A stretch of DNA of 41,145 nt from Lama guanicoe. Lineage: Eukaryota. The notes beneath the pieces were generated by a model. That model was not told the DNA's origin. It searched no databases and saw nothing but the letters and a program-made list of their open reading frames with translations. Positions within the stretch are counted from its first letter, which is position 1; the number at the start of each line of letters is the position of its first letter. The translations under genes were made by a program, and so were the position numbers. Shown here piece by piece: positions 1 through 13,439 of this stretch. The stretch spans positions 34,302-75,446 of the forward strand of contig MU053369.1 in assembly GCA_013239625.1 (NCBI GenBank), in the 5' to 3' direction.

Positions 1-1229
1 GTGAATATTAAATTCTAGTTCTGTTAATCGAGGTCTATATTTACTAAGACACTTCCCAAATCATTCCTTGCTGTTATGTCACATTGCTGTACAGTTTAAT
101 TGAATTATGAAAAGGATACACTAGGTTTGTTTATGAAGCTCAGTAATCTATCCTTGGGTAAAGTTCCAATGCCCCAAGACCTGCAGCCAGGGGATTATAC
201 ACACTGGAACAGGCATTACTTAAAGAACTGTCTCCAACCTGAATGGAAGGAACTTTAATCAAGTACTCTTAACTAGACCATACACACAAAAGCTGAAGGA
301 AATGGACTCTCGGACTCATTTCCTATCAGAAACAGCCCCTGCAGTGCACTGGCCTATAGAGCACTGCTCACCTTAAAACAATGCCCAAATGGAGAAAAAG
401 CTACCAGGCCAGGATCAGAAGGAGACGAGATCTGAGGTAGACAGCTGACCAAGACACCAGACCAAGCTTGTATAACAATTAGTTTGCAAATTCTCCTAAC
501 TTTGATTAAGAACTACCCCAATTGTTAAGTTTATGGTAAATTACCTATGTCTAGTACTTCTGTCTTACCTTGGTGGGTTTCCTTACTCCAGCGCTCAAAC
601 TAGATAGCCCTCAGAAAAGTTATTTAAAAAAAATTATAGTTATGTTTGGGCAACTGTTGATCTTACAAGGTGAGAGACCTCACCTGGCCAATTAATACCT
701 GCTCTAACCCTGACCATAAATATGAAATTTCTCATAAGATCACTCAAACTCAATCAGAAATACATGCAAAATTTTAACCCAAAAATACAGCTTCTCAACT
801 ATTAAATTCTTACTCGTGACTTCATTAACGTTACTAGCTATGTTACTTATATCCTGTCTATTTTATAAAATTGTTGTCTGTTACATTTCCCAATGTGTAA
901 CTAGGCCTACAAGATTGATGGTGGCTAAATATCTTGAAGAAATAGATAAAATTTATAACCCTGCATAAAATAATTTTAGTAGTGTAATTCTAGGTATGGG
1001 AATTAGTAACGAAGGGTAAACATTTCCTGGATCATAATAGACTAGTAAGACAGGCGAACCAGAGAACTTTTAGTATCAACAGGGCCTGATAAAAAACCTA
1101 ACACCTTGAATGGCAACTCAGAAGATTCTTCACCTGAACTAGGAATGAGCCATCCTAGCCCCGTGGGACAAAATTCGTCATGAAATGTCTCTCAAAATAT
1201 TGGTCGAATTTAGGAAAAAGGGGGAGCAC
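1..1229 (+). mobile_element. Degenerate ERV1-class internal region (integrase C-terminus, env remnant, polypurine tract)
   Basis: From 181: LQPGDYTHWNRHYLKNCLQPEWK / QVLLT...KLKEMDS, resembling the gammaretroviral integrase tail (LQPGD...PRWKGPYQVLL); purine tract aggaaaaagggggag at 1212-1226. Confidence 0.8.
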
Positions 1230-1713
1230 TGTGAATGAATATACTACAATGTGAATGAAAGTACTACAACAATGTCAGTAAACAAAGAATGCTGAAACCA
1301 AGTCATCAGCGGCTGCTGTCAACCCACAGCGAGGACATGCCTGCAGCCCAGCCTCTCAGCAACTCACAATGGTGCCCTCTGAGTGGACTCAGAATAAGGA
1401 AGGACAGGATAATGTCCCTAGACAGTTAGGTGCTTGCCAAACAAATGAATTCAATGACCCATATGTTTGCTTCATCCCATACATAGAAAAGCAATAAATA
1501 CTTGAACTTGAGATATCTGGCTTTCTTTAGATTACAAGCAATCTTTTATTGTTCCAAGTATCTGGTCATTGTTGTAAAGCTACTATTTATCCTAGCTCCT
1601 CCCATACCTCTTGGAGCATTCCCCCAGAGTGATCTGAGGGGCTGCCTTCCAGGCTTGAGCCCTCCCGCCAAATAAAACATAACTATTAACTTTTAGTCTG
1701 AAAGATTATTTCA
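1230..1713 (+). mobile_element. 3' LTR of the ERV
   Basis: Starts TG after the PPT; AATAAA at 1671-1676; ends ...TTCA near 1713. Confidence 0.7.
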
Positions 1714-2084
1714 ATGAAGTCCCAGAAAAGACACAACTCATCAATTCTGTAATGGAACACACTGAATCAAGAACCAAACGCGTGTTCTAGTCCAGAAAAA
1801 CAACGGTTTCCTCTTTCTTCCTGTCATTGTACAATCTCACCAGAAGTCATTAATTTGCTGTCTGCTCAGTTGGCAACCAAACTCAGAGAAGAGTCACCTC
1901 AGCAGAGCGCCCTGCTGGGGAGAACCCCCCTGCAGCAGCACCGCGGGCTGCCTGCCCTCCCGCACGCTCTGCTGACCCCTAGTGTCCTCCATGGAGACAG
2001 GGCCAACAGAACTGCTCCAACAGCTGCAAAGTCCCACACTTTAAATAAAAGCATTTTATTTTATAGGATATGTTACGTATATAC

Positions 2085-2208
2085 CCATTTCTGAAAACAG
2101 CTTTGCCAGAAGCCCAAATCTTCAACATTAATCTGCAAAGTCAAATCCGGTCCCCAAGGGAAAACAAGTCTTAAGAGGATGCTAATGCCTCCAAAGTCCT
2201 CTCCACGA
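2085..2208 (-). other. Candidate exon downstream of the exon 7 remnant
   Basis: ttttgtttacag acceptor; weak donor TGG|gtatat. Confidence 0.3.
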
Positions 2209-3789
2209 CTGTAAACAAAACTGACTGCAGGTCTGCAGCTGCAGGCGGTTACATGTCAATTTTTAAAGCACCCCCCTCCTGCCCTCGGGTGCTACAATGT
2301 CCCTCTACGCCCTCCCTTCTCAGGGTAAGAGCAGCCGCAGCAGAACCTTGCAGGGCAGCACTGACAGGACTGGACAAAAGGATCAGAGCTAAACTAAGCC
2401 TTCTTATGACATGAGCTTGTCACTCTGTCAATTTACAGATGAAGATATATATAGAGAGAGAGGTGGGGTGATATTGCTCAAAGTCACACAGATAATAAGT
2501 GGCAAAGTCTATAACTCTGTCCTCCCTCCGGCGTGACGCCCCAGATGGGAGGCCCACAGGTTTCTCTCGTGCCTGCCTGATCAGTCCTTTCCTGTCACTC
2601 ATAACACACCACAGGGTCTGATACTAGCCTGACTTTTCGTCATCTTTTCCCTCCAGTCTGGCAGGAACAAGGCTGCTCGGGCCACTGTCTGAGTTCCGGC
2701 TTCCCAAAACCTCCGTGCTCAGGCTGGTCTTGCCTGTGCATCCGGCCCCCTGCTCAGAGGCTCTTCCTCCCCTGCAGGAGGGACACCCCCTCAGGGGAGC
2801 CCTCCTCTCTCTCTCAGCATGGCAGGTGTGCCAGGCCACATCCCGAGCTGCCCCATTAGGAATGGGGGTGCCCAGGTCTGCTAATCAGACTAGCAGCCTC
2901 AGAGCCAGGGATTATGCTAGGGCGACCCTGTAAACCTACTGCCCGCCTCACAGCCCCCAGCCAGCAGGTCACCTGGAAGTCACAGCAAGTGCCCCACCCA
3001 ATCCAGAAGCCTCTTCATTTGCCAGCACCGCTGATGACAGGTCTCCAAACTTTGGTCAGTTTTGCAAAAAACAGCACCTTCTACTGTGAACCGGGGGTTT
3101 TCGCTTCTGCTCCCCATCCTTACTGGAAACGTCAAGGGAAATCAAAAGTCCTTTTCTCAACAATTTTCTGATGACAACCTCCCACCCACAATACTCACAT
3201 GCTCAAGAGCTTTGCGTCCACGTGATTTTGTTTCCCTTACGCTAAGTGGCTCAAAGAACTGCGGGATTTTTCTTTTTTGAGGGTATTTGTACTCAGTTTC
3301 TCGGCTTTAATCTGTTTTTGTCTCTCTCTTCAGTATCCCTACCAGTTACCTATTCTTACTCCCTTCAGCAGCTTCCCTCCCAACATCTAGTCTAGGAAAT
3401 CACCTGTGATGAGGGGCCCGGGGGCAGTCACAGAAGATGCAACTAAGGCACAGAGAGGCTACATAATTTGCCAAAGAAGATCATCTTCAACCCCCAACAC
3501 TGTGTGTCACTTCCCTCTGTTTAACTCTTATGCTAAGCAAGCTAACTTTTTGTAGATTATGGTTATAAACAGATGAGGTATCAAAGTAAATACAAGGACA
3601 CACATCAACACTAAGATGTTCATTAACTCCAATATTTTGTTTCTATTTATTTTATTTCTATTAAAAAATTGTTAAGAACTTCTGCAGTCAATATAGCAAA
3701 ATGTTGCTGGGTTTTAATCCAAAATAGAGAGGTGTTAAGTGTGTCATTACTCATCCTTATTTGTATGTTCACAAGACAAAATGATTTGA

Positions 3790-4330
3790 AGATCTCTCTC
3801 CCCTCCCCCTACTCACTACTGGCTCTCACCAGAGCTCCTAGACCACACATTTAACAACCTTTCACTTTACCCACACCTGAACCCATCAGTTTTCCCCCAG
3901 AAATCCCTCTGCAGCTTTCCCTCCTCAGAGTACAGCAGGACCATCATTTACCTCATTAATCCACCCAGAAACCTGGGTCTTACTCCATCCTACCTTCAGA
4001 GACAGCATTCATTCTTTCCTTTTTACCATCTAAACATGCCTTCAATCTGTTCGCTTTTACCCACTGACCGTCCCACCTCTCAAGATGAAGCCACCAACAC
4101 TACCCACCTGGACTCACGAGTCTCCCAAGTGGCCCCACAGCCGCTCTCCTCTACTTGAGGCAAGTGGGAATGTGTCACTCCCGCGCTTTTTGGACTGTTT
4201 TCAAACCCACTCTTCTTAGAAGAAACTCCAATTTCTTCACCTGGTGAAGGTCTTTGCTATGAAACTGTCAGCTCAGGGAGGGCAGGACACGCCGTCTTCC
4301 CTCGGCCCCGCCGTCTGGCAGAGCATCAGC
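3790..4330 (+). mobile_element. L2 remnant
   Basis: C-rich L2 3'-region motifs (cccagaaacctggg, gccaccaacactacccacctggact). Confidence 0.6.
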
Positions 4331-4946
4331 TTGAGAGGACCTGCTGAGCTACACCTGCCTGTATTCTAAATCTGGTCTTTAGTTCTTAGCAAACTGCTTC
4401 ACTTATCCATACAAATCCAAAGTAGATTAGAAAGATTTTAGATGATAAGCTAGATTATTAATTTGGGGATTTTGCACTAGCAACCTGCAAGGACATGTTC
4501 TAATGAATCTGTCTTCTTAAAACCACACCCAGATTTAAGGAGTATTTGTGGGATATCTTCCAAGTAAAAGGGACTGCATTTTACAAACTTTATGTTTTAT
4601 AACATGAACAACATGGACAGGGTCACAAATGGAACAGCCTCACAAGTGACCAAAGACAAGTGAGAGGCATACAGCAACAGGTCACAGAGATGGTAAGAGC
4701 AATGTTGTTTCGCCAACCCCCAAAAAAATTCCTCCAAGAACAGAAAACTCTGGATTTTGAAAGTAAAATTCTATCATATAATGAAATGAAATAAATAATC
4801 CTCTTCATCAGGGTTTCAAGATCTGACTGAATAATTTTTAGCAAGCCATACTGAATCCTAGCACAGAAAAATCAGATGGACTAGTGGTGAGTATGTTCCA
4901 GGGAAACGGCAGTAATTCCTCCATTTGTAAGGGGACACACACTCAC

Positions 4947-5073
4947 TTGATGAAGGTGATTGTATACCACATTCTGGAGAAATTCAGAAGATTCAGTCAC
5001 CGCTTCAAAATGGTGATGACACGGTAGGACGGCTTGGAAGCATGCTTCTAACTGACTCACTGGGATTCTTGCA
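4947..5073 (-). pseudogene. TRAPPC9: TRAPPC9 exon 7 remnant, 127 nt
   Basis: ttttccccctgcag|CKNP/VSQLEACFQAV/RVITILKR*/ESSEFLQNVVYNHLHQ|gtgagt vs [42 protein letters not shown]; three small indels. Confidence 0.9.
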
Positions 5074-6234
5074 CTGCAGGGGGAAAAGGAGGCCCCCATT
5101 CAAGAGCAGAGATGTTCCTGTCATGTCTCCCAGGCCGCGCCTCGGGGACTCAGTATCCTGCAGCAGCCTGGCACCAGGCGAGGACCCGCAGCGTGGCCCA
5201 CCCAAGCAGGAGGGGCACTGTGCTTTAGAAATCCCATCTCCGATGGGAGCAAGAGGGGCTGGTGGGGTTGTGTGACTCTATAAATGCTCATTTAAATACA
5301 CCTGCATACATTCAAGTGATACATTTAACAGTAGCAGGCTATCAAACAAAATTTCAATTGTCAGTGTTAATTTTACCATTTCTTTCCTCTTGTCCCCTGC
5401 ACTCTGAGACAGGCTTAGGCTCTCTCACACCTGCAGCTCTGATGCAATAGTTGTGAAGTTATTTTACTTTGCTGCAAGTGTTTTCACTACCCGTGTCGCT
5501 GTGACTGTCGTCTCTTATCACAGTCAGACGTCTTCCGAGATATCTCCAAGAGTTCCTTGCTCCTGTTTCTCAGATCCTGAGATAAAGAACCGGTGAAGGC
5601 ACATGACTAGAAAAGGCACCGTGGACTTGACCAAAGTCCTCAGTGACCCCCTAGGTGAGTGCTGCCCACCCCTTACCTTCGATTCTCAAGGTTCTGCCCA
5701 GGATGACATCCAGACCGGAGAGAGTCTTGGGCCCATTTAAAAGCTGAGTGGTTTGGGTGCGGGGAAAGGTGCAGTAGCTGGTTCCGGAGCCGGGCCCCTC
5801 CCCACCTCTGCTCCTCTCTCTCCCGAGGCCCAGCTGCCAGGCCCCAAGGCTCTCTGATCTTCTGTCCTTCTCATCTACTCTACTCCCAGCCCTTTTCCTC
5901 TTCCTTTTTTCCCTGATTATCCCCAGCTGGAGTGATTTTTCCATCACAGTATCTGAAAAAATTTCCTGCAGCTGAAAAATAGGTCTCCAGAGGTCAATGC
6001 CCATATGCTAGTACCTAAGAGAGCCCTTGGCTAGGGGAACCCTCACCAACACTCACGGGGCATCAGACATGTTGCATGGTCGGCCACCCCTAAGAGTTTG
6101 CTGTGACCCCAAGGCACGCACAGCATCCCTGCTCACAAAACTGTAGTTGGCCCACTCATCCGTTATTAAGAAGCAAAAACAAAAAAATTGCTCATGTTTC
6201 TTACTAAAATTATTTATGAGGTAGAAAAAGAAGT

Positions 6235-6750
6235 TGTAATAGAAAAGAACAAATTTGACTCCATGTTAGATGTGTTCATTTGGTTTTAAATCTGTACCCT
6301 GATTTCTAGGCTCAGACTTGCTATCTCTGCACCTTTTGTAAAAGAAAGCTGCCTTCAGCCTGAAATATACAGGAGAGCCTATTCTCCGAGCTCTGATATT
6401 TAAGGATGTTAGCTCCTCTACACTTATGTTTAGATGGCAAGTTGCAAAATAGAGAATAACCTTTATTTTTTTGGAGGTTTTACGGGGACACCATGATTTG
6501 ACCCACATGGACAGCTGCAAGAACAAAGGATTTCAAGGACAAAAGCTTCATACAGCAAGAAGTTTGCAACAACCAACCACACCCCCGCCGCTTTTTACTA
6601 TAAAAGGAGAATTGGGGAAGACTACTGGATATCAGTATGCCGTCATCTGGGTTTGCCAGCTTTTCAACTAAAGTCACTATTCCTTACTCCAACATCTGAT
6701 CTCCCGATTTATTGGCCTGTCATGCAGCAAGGCAAGCATTAGCTCATTCA
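6235..6750 (+). mobile_element. Solo ERV1-type LTR
   Basis: TGTAATAGAAAAGAAC start; TATAAAA near 6599; terminal ...AAAGTCACTATTCCTT...CTCCCGATTTATTGGCCTGTC typical of ERV1 LTR R/U5. Confidence 0.75.
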
Positions 6751-6784
6751 GTTCTAAATCAGAAATCTTAAAATACATACTGAA

Positions 6785-6895
6785 CTTATTTACAGATAAA
6801 GAAAATTGGACACAAAAAAGAACAGTTTCTCCCCCACCTCATAAAGATAATAACTGCTAAAGGCAAGATTTGAACTCATCTGCCTGATTCTAAAA
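6785..6895 (-). mobile_element. MIR fragment
   Basis: tttacagataaagaaaattgga...gatttgaactcatctgcctgattct core. Confidence 0.55.
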
Positions 6896-7989
6896 ACTAA
6901 GGTGGAAAACCCATCGACTGTGGAGGTCCAGCAGCACAGCCTATCACCCTATCTTTGTTCAGATCTAGCTTTAGACACCCTAAGACAGCACCCCATTCCT
7001 ATGGAACTCGAGGGCAACCGATAACAATAAGGATTTTATATTCAGTAGTTTCTTAGTTCTCATTTATATAAAGTGTCAGCAGGTCAGCAGAAAACTCTGG
7101 GAAATATGAGTGGGTCCAGAGCTTTTTATTGATAAGAAACTCATTCTATCAGGACAGAGTGGCCTTCCCATGAGAGGCCTCATGGACATAAACTAAAGGC
7201 AGCTGAGCAATGAAAAGTAGCAAGACCCTGGAACTCAAGCAAGAAGGATCCCTGCCATCCCCTGCCCAGTTGCCTCTTCACCCGCGTGGACACGATGGCA
7301 AAACACCCAAGTTCTAGTCCAAGTTACACCATCATGGATTCTCACCCATAAATAGTTACGACTCCATGCTCTCTTAAGTCCTTTCCAACTCAAATATGAT
7401 GACACCTATATCTCACCAGAATCTCTATGTCTCCACTTTCTCTTTTCTATTAGGAGACTATATCTATGGCCACAAAGCAGAAATCCAATTAAAAACACCA
7501 TGCACGAAGCCTGGTGAAAGTCTGCTTAAGAGACTTTGTCCTCACGCTCAGTGAATGAAAACTCAGAAAAAGTAGTCCTTCTCCCTCTGCAAGTGGGAGG
7601 TAGCCTGATTGTGTGTGTGTAAATCAAATACAATCAAGTCTGGGATGTGTACAGATTTTTTTTAATGTCACTGTCATTTCATGGGGATGAGCCAACATTT
7701 AAAGTAATTTGAATCTAGTGTTCTGAGAGTCTCAGTATCTTTTGGTGGAGGAGGGGAAAGGGGAAAGGAAGGAAGGAAAGAGGTAAATGAAGCAAAGGAG
7801 TAAGAATATTGTTAGGGAAAGGCAAGAGATTAATTTTGTTCCTACTTGCATCACACACAAATTAGGGACTGGCTTTCCCCCATGTCTTGTCAAGTACTAA
7901 CTTGCAGAAGAAGAGGCGATAGCCCATTTCTCACTGAGATTGTGAATGTACGTGGAATCTTATAGACACAAATTATTTACCCTGCTCAA

Positions 7990-8135
7990 ACACTCTAGCA
8001 GCAGGCCGTAATTCTCCTATTTTGAGAGACAAGAAAACAGGAATTGAAAGAGGGTATATAACTTGACAAAAGTCAGAGGACCAGTAAACTAAAGAGGATG
8101 AATTCAAACTCAGATCTGAATGCAGAGTCTGAACT
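7990..8135 (-). mobile_element. MIR fragment
   Basis: cctattttgagagacaagaaaacagg...aacttgacaaaagtca...attcaaactcagatctg. Confidence 0.6.
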
Positions 8136-8639
8136 TCCCACTACCAGGGCTCGAAAATCCTTAACACACAGGCTCCCTAGGTCCCCTGCATTGTTCCCGG
8201 CACCAAGAATTTCCCATGGCGATGGTCTCCAGTTCTCAGACACAGCACTTTTTGCAGCCAATAACCTCCATTCGACCTTGATCATCTACCAGTCTCGCCC
8301 ACCAGGCTTCACCATACAGACAGGAAAGCTGGCTTTCAAGTGCATACAAAACCACCCCTGGTCTGACCTGGGAACTTCCGCGGCTTTTCCAGCATAAAGG
8401 CAGCTATAAAACTGCTGGCAGTTTGTACAAGAGCCACAGTACCTCTCTCCATCTCTCTCCCCACCTATACTACTAAGCTATGACCATTTTGAGAATGTTG
8501 GAAACAAATTTTTAAAAACAGAAAAGAAAGGATTCTGTAACAATTACTTAATATTTGCAACTTTAAAGGACAAGTTACAAAGTGAGTATTTACAAACCGA
8601 TTCTGCCTTCCTAGGTGTCAGTTTTAACAGTTACAAAAT

Positions 8640-11030
8640 ATAATAGCAAAAAATTCTCACTTACAAAATTAACAAAAACATCAGCAGTAATCTGGAATAA
8701 ACTCAAAAACAATGCCCATGTTGTACATGGAGAAAGTACAGGACTGTACTGAGGGGTAAAGTAAGAGGTGTGAATGTAGAGACATCAACATTTTTTATGG
8801 AGGAAAGCAGTTTTGAAAAGATGTAAAGATGTATGTTCTCCTAAAGATAATTCAAAACTTACTAAAATATCCTATGATAACCCTTATCCGTTTTTTTTTT
8901 AACTTGGAAAAAGTATTTTAGAATTCTTCAGGAATAATAAAGTCATAATACTAGCCAAGAATATTAGGGATGGAAGAAAGAATCAAAAAAAATCGCACTG
9001 TCAGATATTAAATAAATTTTTACAATATGTAAGATATAGCACTGGAGTAAGAAAGTAAGACTGACAGAAGTAAACAATGAGCTCAAAAAGAGAATGTAGT
9101 ATACATAAGAATTTTTTATAGGTGGGATTTCTAATCAAAGAGCAAAGTATGAATTAAATAATTATCCTGGGACAATCAGAGAATCACCTGGAAAAACAAA
9201 TTCTATTCCAGTCACAATGACCACAAGAAAAATTCCAGATATTGATGTAAATGTTAGAAAGTACTAATAACAGCAAATACAACTCTTTGCTCATATAAAT
9301 TCAACTTCTCCTCACTATGACAAGCACTGTTATCATCTCCATCTTAGAGACTAAAAAACCTACAGAAGAGATTTATACCATTAGAGAAAATATTTCTAAG
9401 AATAATATCAAAGATAAAACCAAAAAGAAGATATTTACTATCTTAAGATTATTTTGGGCCACAACAAAAATAAATCTACTGAACAAAATGAAAGTCAAGA
9501 AATGACAAGGAAAAGCTCTGTGATACATGTTGATGAAGACAAGGGGTTAATGTTCATAACATACAAAGAGCTGTCACAAAGCAACAAGACGCTCCCTCAC
9601 TTAAATGTTTGCAAAGGACAAAAGGGGTCATTCACTTTTTAAAAGTCAGATGGCTAATGAGTGGAAAATGCTCAATATTTCACTGGTCATCAAATGCAAA
9701 CTAAAACAATGAAAAAGCACTTTGGCTCATCATATTGCCAAACATTTTTCAAAGATATCCTAGCTAGTGTCCATCTGTGGGAGAAAAAACTGTGTGAGAT
9801 CTTTTTGGAGGATGACATGTCAGTGGATATGTAAACTCTGAAAAACTTGTGTACACACAGACTCAACTCCACTTTTAGGAATCGTTTCGTTTAGAAAAAA
9901 AATCAGTTCAAAAAGATGTACTCATCAGAGCATTTACACAGCACTGTATACAATGGTGGGAAGAAAAGCTGAAGTGAAATCATATCCAGCAATAGAGAAT
10001 TGGTTACATAAGTTATTTTACATCGTTTCATTCCCCACTGGAGAAGGAATTTCTAGAGTCACTTGAAAGGAACCTGTGATGGATGTAATTGTCACATCCA
10101 GGGACTAAATTTTCAAAATACTTAACTAAATGAATACTCATACAAGATCACAGGAATGTTTGTAGCAGAAGGATGCCAGTCAAACATCCTTTCTGACAGT
10201 GGAAATTGGAGAAAACTTAAGTGTCCACCATCAAGACAATGATGCGGCAAATGAAGGCGAGCTGTGGGCACTAAGGGGCCGGCGTTTCGGCGTGGCCCAA
10301 GGCCTTGTCCACAGCACTCTCCCACCAAACTTGTCCTTGCACAAGAGACCAAACCTGCACATCAGGAAACCCCTCTATCTGAAAGGACCGGGTGAGTCTG
10401 GAGTGGGAAGACGTCTATGATATACACCTGAGTGAATAAACCGAGCTGCAGAAAACATATAGTATGGCCTTATTTTTCAATAAAGTATATATACACACAC
10501 ATATACATAGATTTCTCATATACGTGTCTGTATGTATGTGTATATATATATGACATAGGCATAAAGGTCATGAAATATATACTCCACATTGTCAGCAGTT
10601 TTTACTCTCAGGAAAAAAGTGGAAGGGATGTAGGGGCCTTTCGGTACAACCACAGTTCTCTTTTCAGTATATCAGTTAAGTATACTTGGAATTTAAAAGT
10701 TTATTTAAGTCCGAAATAAAATGGAAGATGCGTCCACAAGACAGAATGCTATACTGGTCATTAAAAATCATGCCAGGGTAGATAGAATATTGTAGAAAAA
10801 CGTGTAATAAGCCGAATGGAAAATGGAGGTCTCCACATAGTAAACAGGCACAGAGTGCTCGCTGGTTTTTATGACAGAGCTGATACACACTGACGAAAAG
10901 AACGGAAAATAGATGTTAAACTGTTAATTAATATCTCTGAGTAGTGGGACCAGGATAGACACTTTTGCCCCTTTTTTCAGACTTTTATATTAAATACACA
11001 TTATTTTTCATCTGAAAAAAGCATTTTTAG
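8640..11030 (+). mobile_element. Ancient fragmented L1 (L1ME-like) ORF2 and 3' remnants
   Basis: A-rich; L1 motifs such as ggaaaatgctcaatatttcactggtcatcaaatgcaaactaaaacaatga and ccacttttaggaat. Confidence 0.65.
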
Positions 11031-11096
11031 ATGTCTAGTAAAACACATTGATAAACATGCACGAGTACTTACGGAAACAAATAACTAGGAGACACC

Positions 11097-11459
11097 NNNN
11101 NNNNNNNNNNNNNNNNNNNNNNNNNNNNNNNNNNNNNNNNNNNNNNNNNNNNNNNNNNNNNNNNNNNNNNNNNNNNNNNNNNNNNNNNNNNNNNNNNNNN
11201 NNNNNNNNNNNNNNNNNNNNNNNNNNNNNNNNNNNNNNNNNNNNNNNNNNNNNNNNNNNNNNNNNNNNNNNNNNNNNNNNNNNNNNNNNNNNNNNNNNNN
11301 NNNNNNNNNNNNNNNNNNNNNNNNNNNNNNNNNNNNNNNNNNNNNNNNNNNNNNNNNNNNNNNNNNNNNNNNNNNNNNNNNNNNNNNNNNNNNNNNNNNN
11401 NNNNNNNNNNNNNNNNNNNNNNNNNNNNNNNNNNNNNNNNNNNNNNNNNNNNNNNNNNN
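11097..11459. other. Assembly gap (N run)
   Basis: 363 N. Confidence 1.
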
Positions 11460-12429
11460 CTGAAATCTACAGCACTGACAAAACATAACTGACAAATCCC
11501 AGGCTCCTTGGAGGCTGTCATTCTCTGCTTCTGGCCAACACCCGTCAATGAGCAGAACCACCCCATTCCCGAGCCATGGGACTCACGTGGTAAGCAGTTT
11601 TGGAGAAATTTCCAGGTATAGAATGAAACCAACTATACGTAGATCTCTCACAAAAGCAAAGATGCAATACTCTGGTTTTGGAAGACACTCAAAATATTCT
11701 CCTAAGCCTTAGTAGATGGAAAGGCTGGGCTTCTCCTCAGCCACTTATTTATTTCACAGCCAGTGAGCATCTCCCACAAACCCTATTTCCCTGTGTCTCA
11801 TGGGAGCCTGAGGCACACTGCTGCTGTCGATCTTATAAGTCACAGGGCAGAGTCGTGTGTCTCACGCCTGCAACCCTCACACAGGGTCACCTCCTAGACT
11901 CACTGTCTGAACTTGGCCCAATTTTCTCACCTGTTTATTTTGGTATCTGTTCTTCTGTAAGCTGCCTGAGTCAGAAGAATCAGTGGGAAGATAAATGGAC
12001 AGATGGAAAGGTGAACAGAAAGAAGAAAGAAAAGGAAACAAAGAAAATTTCCTATGCAAAACCCTCTTCTAGTCAGGGAAGAAAACCACCACGGAGAAGT
12101 GTGAAGAGGCAGGTAGCTTAGGACTGTTTCCTGGATTCCATGAAAAGTCACACCAAGAGATGAGAGGGTAGAATTATAAATAATAAAAGAAAAATAGCAT
12201 CCATGGATGAAAAATATATCTACAATCTGTACGTTATAAAGAATAGATTCAAATCAGCAGGGCCCAATAATACAATCATTGGGTATTTACAGAAGGGAGA
12301 ATCCCATCTCCAAACCACAAGGCATCCCTTTGGAGCAGAGAGTCAAAATGGGGCGGTCATAAAGCCGTCACCACAAAAGCTATGCTATCCTGCACTTACG
12401 AGGAATGAGCAGCTGTGCTCGGGCTGCCC

Positions 12430-12590
12430 ACGTGCATCATTTACACCCCACAGCACCTCTACGGGGGGAAGCCTAGCGAGCCCCCTCTCTGCAGGACAGA
12501 AAACAAGTCCGGGAGAGGCTAAGCCGACCTACCAGTTCTCCATCTCACAGAACTGGTCACTCCAGAGCAGGACTCGAACTCAGACCCACG
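12430..12590 (-). mobile_element. MIR fragment
   Basis: tcatttacaccccacagcacctct...gaggctaag...caggactcgaactcag. Confidence 0.55.
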
Positions 12591-13439
12591 TTTGTAACTA
12601 CGGTACTACCGTGATTTGTGTGCTGTTTGTGTGTATAATACATTTGTTTCTAGCATGAAAAGATATTTAATAAATGATCGGTTGTCTTGTCTATCTCATT
12701 AGCTCACAATCAATCTTTATACTGTTGAATTGTACTCTTTTCCCCTGGAGAAAGTAACGGAAAGGGCGGGGGTCAGAATGAGGTGGGGCTCTATTGTTTA
12801 TCTGGTACCTCATCTCATCCAAGTCCCCAACCAGGGAGAAGGAGCAAATGTTCTCTTCATCTTTTAAAGAGAGGGCTCCAGTGATGGTGACTTAACTCCA
12901 AAACCAAGGCTGGGGAAAGGCACATGCAGCAACCAGAGCAGTATCACCTGCAGGAAGGCAAAAAGAGCTCAGGGGAGGGTCCAGGGGGTCACCCTGATTT
13001 AATTTCATTTGATAAAAGAATACCACAATCTAAAAATACTAGCATGCAATGTATTTGCTCTTTCTTAACATCTAAAATGTTTCCAAAGCCCACATGTAAC
13101 ATTATAGTGAACTAGTGAAAGGAAGAGTCCACAGACAGGGAAAATCAAGGCCACAGGCAGGCTGAAACCCAGCCTGGAGGAAAGGAAGAGAAAGGGCATA
13201 GTTAAGAAGAGGGGAAAGTTTGGGAAAAAGACATTATCACAAGGACTCTCAAGCATCATCCAACAATCATATAATCATTCATTCAAGAGAGAGTTACTGA
13301 CATCCTATTTTGTGCAAGATTTTACAGAGGGCAAAGAAAGACCGCAGCGTCCATGGTGGCAGCAAGTGGTGGGGCAATAATACAATTCTGATCCCGGTAC
13401 CTTGCACACTTGTACTCAGTATAAAGGCAAAAAATAAAG

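Noticed and set aside
11048..11632. 146-187 aa ORFs
   Set aside because: Artefacts of the N gap
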